From Escherichia phage vB_EcoM-101112UKE3-1, in the sequence record MZ234013.1: a DNA stretch of 64,000 nt; one strand, 5' to 3'. The number at the start of each line of letters is the position of its first letter. Position 1 is the first letter of the stretch. A model generated the notes under the pieces. The model was not told where the DNA came from, did not search any database, and saw only the letters and a program-made list of their open reading frames with translations. Shown piece after piece: positions 59,196-64,000 of this stretch. The translations under genes and the position numbers were made by a program.

Positions 59196-59789
59196 ATGAA
59201 CACACTGAAGAAAATTGTTGAGTTTATTCGCACTAAACTTGGTTCTGCTATGGCTAAAAATCTATCTGTCGAAGAACAGTATACTGCTGCAGCAGCAAAA
59301 CTACTTGATAAAATTAAAGATCTAAAAACTGCTTCTGTTAAATCTATTAACGAAGAAAAACGTATTCGTGAACTTGTTATCGAAAAGAATCGACAGGCCG
59401 AATCAAAAGAGCGTGAAATTCGTAAACTTCTTTCCGAAGGCCAAGATGTAACAATGCATGCTAAACTCGGTTTACTATATCGTCGAACAGCTGAGCAGTT
59501 GACTACTAAGGCTGACGGTTATGCTGAAATGCGAATTGAAATCGCCAAGAAAGTAGTTGAGTTAGATGATGCTCGTCAAGAACTTGCGGTTAAATTGGAA
59601 TATATCCGTGAAACTCGTGCAGCAAATGCCCTTGGAATTAGTACTGCCGATGATGTAGTTGAAATTGCAGCACTGACTAAGGTTGATATTGAAGATACCC
59701 TTGCTCGAGTTGAAACCTTTAACGGTAATATTTCTGGGGTTGAAACTACCTCTGCCGATGTTCAGGAATACATTAATTCTCTGAAATAA
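59196..59789 (+). CDS. coiled-coil protein, possibly PspA/IM30-like
   Basis: 197 aa, heptad-rich; segment [10 protein letters not shown] resembles the DDTLARMKKE region of E. coli PspA as I recall it; unverified. Confidence 0.45.
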   Translation: MNTLKKIVEFIRTKLGSAMAKNLSVEEQYTAAAAKLLDKIKDLKTASVKSINEEKRIRELVIEKNRQAESKEREIRKLLSEGQDVTMHAKLGLLYRRTAEQLTTKADGYAEMRIEIAKKVVELDDARQELAVKLEYIRETRAANALGISTADDVVEIAALTKVDIEDTLARVETFNGNISGVETTSADVQEYINSLK

Positions 59790-59793
59790 TGAT

Positions 59794-59811
59794 AAGGGGC
59801 TTCGGCCCCTT
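59794..59811 (+). other. GC hairpin aaggggcttcggcccctt (identical 18-mer to the hoc terminator stem at 17382)
   Basis: Perfect stem with TTCG loop; not followed by a T-run. Confidence 0.4.
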
Positions 59812-59830
59812 ATACTTGGAGTAAATAGGA

Positions 59831-60439
59831 ATGAAAATGCAAAGTGATTTCAATTCAATGTTTGAAGAGTTCCAAAGACAGGTTGATGTTCCAGACCAAT
59901 TACTAAATGCTCTTAAACGCATGGCAGAAGGACGTAATTACTATTGGGGGTCTTCATATGAAACTGATGAAAGCCTTTCCGGAAGATTTTCTAGAGGTAA
60001 AAAGTCTTTAATACGTCCTGGAATACTCATTAACAGTATTGAATCAATTCATTCATTGACGTGTGATTTTGATGTTGAATTTACTGATTTCATTTCTCCT
60101 GAATGGACGGTTTGTTATTTAAACGACGATTTTGATTATCTCGGTGTTTATAGTTTAAGTGACGCATGGTTTAAACGTAATTTACAAAAGTCAAATTTAT
60201 TTTATATTGATACTACTGTAAAATTTCAGGGCAAGAAATATTTCTTTACTCTTATAGTTGATTCTGAAACGAAGCATGAAAATAAACGTATTCTTAGTAA
60301 AAAGAATATCTTAACTATTGTTGATGATCTTTTTGATAAATTTGTAGAAAATCCCAATTTTGAAAGTGATTTATTACTAGAAAAATTTGTTAAGGAATGT
60401 AGAGAATATGTCAAAACCATCACTATACCTTCCAAGTAA
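59831..60439 (+). CDS. hypothetical protein (202 aa) with C-terminal FVKECR motif
   Basis: GGAGTAAATAGGAATG RBS region; C-terminus ...EKFVKECREYVKTITIPSK. Confidence 0.55.
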   Translation: MKMQSDFNSMFEEFQRQVDVPDQLLNALKRMAEGRNYYWGSSYETDESLSGRFSRGKKSLIRPGILINSIESIHSLTCDFDVEFTDFISPEWTVCYLNDDFDYLGVYSLSDAWFKRNLQKSNLFYIDTTVKFQGKKYFFTLIVDSETKHENKRILSKKNILTIVDDLFDKFVENPNFESDLLLEKFVKECREYVKTITIPSK

Positions 60440-60800
60440 ACCTGTGAAGTATGAACCAAAGCGTCAGATAATTTCTACTGATGTGTTAATAGGTCCTGTT
60501 ATACTCATATCATTTGTAATTCTATTGATTATTGGAGGTGTTTTAGATGTTATGACTGATATTGATTCTGGCGAAATACTTGTGTTAATGCTAATTCTTC
60601 CATTAATAGTTCCACTTTTATTAGTACCCGTAAATTGGGTAGGATACTGGTATCAAGGAAGACATTATCGTAAACGTGTACGTGATTGGAAAGCTCAGTG
60701 TAAAAAGATTAAAAAGGAACACCAGCTTAAGCTAGATATGTATGAATTTGATGAAATTATGAAATTTGTTAAGGAATCACGATGCAAAAGCCAAAACTAA
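60408..60800 (+). CDS. small membrane protein, family member A (130 aa from Met 8 of track ORF)
   Basis: Two hydrophobic helices, basic juxtamembrane segment, C-terminal ...FVKESRCK. Confidence 0.5.
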   Translation: MSKPSLYLPSKPVKYEPKRQIISTDVLIGPVILISFVILLIIGGVLDVMTDIDSGEILVLMLILPLIVPLLLVPVNWVGYWYQGRHYRKRVRDWKAQCKKIKKEHQLKLDMYEFDEIMKFVKESRCKSQN

Positions 60801-61144
60801 ATAAAGTCAAATATTCGTTTCCTGAGGCACTATTAATTCTTGCTGTATCAGTATTTACAGCTCTTGCGGGTAGTCTTATTGGATTGTTAATTGACTGTTT
60901 TATTTTAAATATCGACGGCACAGTAATTATAACAGAGGTTTGGAGTGAACTTCGTTTTACTATAGCGATTTCATTATTTTCATTCTTTGGTACCATGTTA
61001 TATTTTCATTATGATAATTTTAAAATAAATTGGCAAAGAAAAAAGGATTACAAAATACAATTAAAAGAATATAATAGCTACATGTCTTATATTGAAAATG
61101 AGTCAATGAAAGAGTTTGTGAGTGATTGTAGGAAAATTAAATGA
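60782..61144 (+). CDS. small membrane protein, family member B (120 aa)
   Basis: Hydrophobic helices; C-terminus ...KEFVSDCRKIK. Confidence 0.5.
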   Translation: MQKPKLNKVKYSFPEALLILAVSVFTALAGSLIGLLIDCFILNIDGTVIITEVWSELRFTIAISLFSFFGTMLYFHYDNFKINWQRKKDYKIQLKEYNSYMSYIENESMKEFVSDCRKIK

Positions 61145-61629
61145 TTTTAAAAACTCGCTGGTATGATTTAGATGATGGGGACGATGGCATTTCAGTTGAT
61201 AGAGTTGACTGGAATGGTTGTTCCGAAGATATGAAAAATTTGTTGATTAGGGAGTTTAGAATGGGATATCAAGCAGCTAAGCCATTTACTGTAACAGATG
61301 ATAAGTTCGTATGTATTCAAAACGGTCGCGCTAAGTTAACGAATGCTGATTGGTTCACAGATAAGAAGGTTCTTCTGTGGTATATCATTAGTCTTCCTAT
61401 ATCATCGTTCGTATTTTACTTTTTTATAAAAAATCCAATGGACAGAATAGGAGATTGGGTTCTTTTAACTATACTTGTTAATATTTTTACAGCAGCAGTA
61501 TTATCAGGAATATGGCGTATGTTCATTGAAATGCCATGGCGTTTACGCAGACAACAAAAGATTTTTGATGAAAAGAAATATACTCAAAATTTAAATAACT
61601 TTATCACTGAATGCAGGAAATTAAAATGA
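61141..61629 (+). CDS. small membrane protein, family member C (162 aa)
   Basis: Hydrophobic helices; C-terminus ...NNFITECRKLK. Confidence 0.5.
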   Translation: MILKTRWYDLDDGDDGISVDRVDWNGCSEDMKNLLIREFRMGYQAAKPFTVTDDKFVCIQNGRAKLTNADWFTDKKVLLWYIISLPISSFVFYFFIKNPMDRIGDWVLLTILVNIFTAAVLSGIWRMFIEMPWRLRRQQKIFDEKKYTQNLNNFITECRKLK

Positions 61630-62066
61630 AAACACTATCAGCTGGTATTATCTTTATGACAGAAGATAAAGATTTATTTATGGGTCGGGTTACTGGTTCT
61701 CGTAAGCCTGGAATGATGGCACATCGCTGGGATATTCCAAAGGGCCGCGTAGAAAGTTCTGATTTGAATGCACTGGAAGCTGCAAAAAGAGAATGCTTAG
61801 AAGAGACCGGTTTTAGCAATTATAATCCAGACCTTCTAGAAGACCTAGGTGTATTTAAATATTCTAGTAATAAAGACTTACAGTTATTTTATTATACGAT
61901 TCCAGTAGAGCATGAGATGTTTAGAAATTGCCATTGCGAGTCTTATTTTGAAAATAAAGATGGCGTTATGATTCCAGAGATGGATGCTTTTGCTCTTATT
62001 CCTCGTACTCAGTGGCAATATGTGATGGGTCCTTCACTTTACCGAATAATGAACAGCCTCTTTTAA
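61626..62066 (+). CDS. nudE: Nudix hydrolase
   Basis: Nudix box GRVESSDLNALEAAKRECLEETGF; ATGA overlap with previous ORF and AGGAAA RBS (track ORF starts 15 nt upstream at 61611). Confidence 0.75.
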   Translation: MKTLSAGIIFMTEDKDLFMGRVTGSRKPGMMAHRWDIPKGRVESSDLNALEAAKRECLEETGFSNYNPDLLEDLGVFKYSSNKDLQLFYYTIPVEHEMFRNCHCESYFENKDGVMIPEMDAFALIPRTQWQYVMGPSLYRIMNSLF

Positions 62067-62597
<531 letters not shown>

Positions 62598-62601
62598 AGT
62601 T

Positions 62602-62631
62602 GTTTACTTTCTCCTAGAATTGTGATAGTAT
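62602..62631 (+). promoter_or_regulatory. early-type promoter (GTTTAC, 18 bp spacer, TGtgATAGTAT) upstream of denV
   Basis: Same architecture as the other early-type promoters in the window. Confidence 0.5.
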
Positions 62632-62656
62632 ATTCACAGTTACTTGGAGGGATAAA

Positions 62657-63073
62657 ATGACTCGTATTAATTTGACTTTAGTATCTGAACTTGCTGATCA
62701 ACATTTAATCGCAGAATACCGTGAATTGCCGCGTGTTTTTGGTATAGTTCGTAAGCATGTGGCAAACGGTAAGCGCGTTAAAGATTTTAAAATATCTTCT
62801 AAATTTATTTTAGGTTCTGGTCATGTTACTTTCTTTTACGATAAGTTAGAATTTTTGCGAAAGCGTCAATCGGACATTATAACGGAATGCTTAAAACGCG
62901 GGTTCAGTATAAAAGATACTGAAGTTCCTGACATCAGCGATATTCCAGTAGAATGGAAAAATGATTATAATCCATGTAAATCAGCTATTAAGTTGAGTCA
63001 ACAACGACTCGATGAAAAAATTTTAATGAAGCCACACTGGTATAAGTATTACGGCAAAAATATTTACATTTAA
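62657..63073 (+). CDS. denV: endonuclease V (pyrimidine dimer DNA glycosylase)
   Basis: 138 aa; [26 protein letters not shown] as in T4 DenV; GGAGG RBS. Confidence 0.9.
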   Translation: MTRINLTLVSELADQHLIAEYRELPRVFGIVRKHVANGKRVKDFKISSKFILGSGHVTFFYDKLEFLRKRQSDIITECLKRGFSIKDTEVPDISDIPVEWKNDYNPCKSAIKLSQQRLDEKILMKPHWYKYYGKNIYI

Positions 63074-63170
63074 ATAACATGGGAATAACCTGGACCTCAT
63101 GATTCTGTGAGGGATTCCCGCCAACCTGTAATAAGGTCGAGCCCAAGTGCGGTAATGGGTAAATACAGAA

Positions 63171-63761
63171 ATGGACAATTCATGCGCCATGGAATGGCCC
63201 AAACCTAGAGAGAACAAAATGAGAACATTTTTAACTGGTCCTTATCTATCCCTGATGAATGCTTTTACACACCATTCTGATGCTAGAGTAGAAGAAATTT
63301 GTAAAAACGAATATATCCCGCCATTTGAAGACTTACTTAAACAGTATTGCACACTTCGACTAGACGGTGGACGTCAATCTGGTAAATCAATTGCTGTGAC
63401 TAACTTTGCTGCTAATTGGTTGTATGATGGCGGAACAGTTATTGTTCTTTCTAATACTTCAGCTTACGCTAAAATTTCTGCAAATAACATTAAAAAGGAA
63501 TTTTCGCGTTATTCTAATGATGATATACGTTTTCGTTTATTTACTGATTCTGTCCGTAGTTTTGTTGGTAATAGAGGTAGCAAGTTCAGAGGTTTATCGC
63601 TTTCACGAATTTTGTATATAATTGATGAGCCTGTTAAATCTCCTGATATGGATAAAATTTACGATATTCATATTGAAACTGTGCAACACTGCTGCTGTAA
63701 TATTAAATGTTGCATTGGTGGTATTACTCGTCCACAGTTTTTCGTAATCGGAATGCAATGA
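63171..63761 (+). CDS. hypothetical protein with Walker A-like motif and C-terminal Cys cluster (start may be 63219)
   Basis: GGRQSGKS P-loop-like motif; C-terminal HCCCNIKCCIGG. Confidence 0.5.
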   Translation: MDNSCAMEWPKPRENKMRTFLTGPYLSLMNAFTHHSDARVEEICKNEYIPPFEDLLKQYCTLRLDGGRQSGKSIAVTNFAANWLYDGGTVIVLSNTSAYAKISANNIKKEFSRYSNDDIRFRLFTDSVRSFVGNRGSKFRGLSLSRILYIIDEPVKSPDMDKIYDIHIETVQHCCCNIKCCIGGITRPQFFVIGMQ

Positions 63762-64000
63762 TGACAGACACTCAGCTTTTCGAATATCTTTATTTTTCGC
63801 CAAAAACTATTAAAAATAAATTGGTGAATCATTTTGAAATTTTGGCAAAAAATAACATTTTGAGCGAATTTTATCCCAAGCAATACAAATTACAAAAAGG
63901 CGTATTCAAAGGATGCAGAGTTTTGTGCACGGCTCCTAATGCACGGCTAATGAATAAAATTCCATATTTTACCATGGAATTTATTGATGGGCCTTTTAAA
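63758..64000 (+). CDS. hypothetical protein, 5' part only (runs off window end; not in the supplied ORF track)
   Basis: ATGA overlap with previous ORF; open frame to window end. Confidence 0.4.
   Translation, partial: MMTDTQLFEYLYFSPKTIKNKLVNHFEILAKNNILSEFYPKQYKLQKGVFKGCRVLCTAPNARLMNKIPYFTMEFIDGPFK

Noticed and set aside
60226-60996. Minus-strand ORFs 60226..60459 and 60769..60996 in the accessory block
   Set aside because: Antisense to consistently + strand, tightly coupled ORFs; no RBS.

Overview
The window reads as one contiguous segment of a T4-like (T-even, Tevenvirinae-type) lytic myovirus genome; AT-rich, densely packed, no integrase, CRISPR array or IS element. All calls rest on reading the supplied ORF translations for motifs and on remembered T4 gene order and protein lengths; no database search was run. 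Gene order along the window: 3' part of DNA ligase (30); two tandem Alt-type ADP-ribosyltransferase genes; baseplate hub genes 54-48-29-28-27-51 (- strand) and 26-25 (+); uvsY, uvsW; inh, hoc, rnlB; head genes 24-23-22-21-68-67-20; tail and neck genes 19-18, terminase 17-16, 15-14-13, wac; baseplate genes 12 to 5 and 53 (- strand); then on the + strand 4, 2, 3, 1, 57A, 57B, an internal-protein locus, a tRNA cluster with segB and stable RNAs, a block of small accessory ORFs, nudE, lysozyme e and denV. Departures from the T4 layout as I remember it are the most interesting parts: three free-standing HNH endonuclease genes inside the late structural cluster (18|19, 13|14, 2|3), a second full-length alt paralog, a ninth tRNA-like gene (anticodon GTA), small capsid-targeting-sequence proteins behind repeated early-promoter modules, and a tandem family of small membrane proteins sharing a C-terminal F[VI]xxCR motif. 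I found no single obviously novel multi-gene system; the candidates are accessory anti-defence or exclusion genes that need homology searches to confirm.
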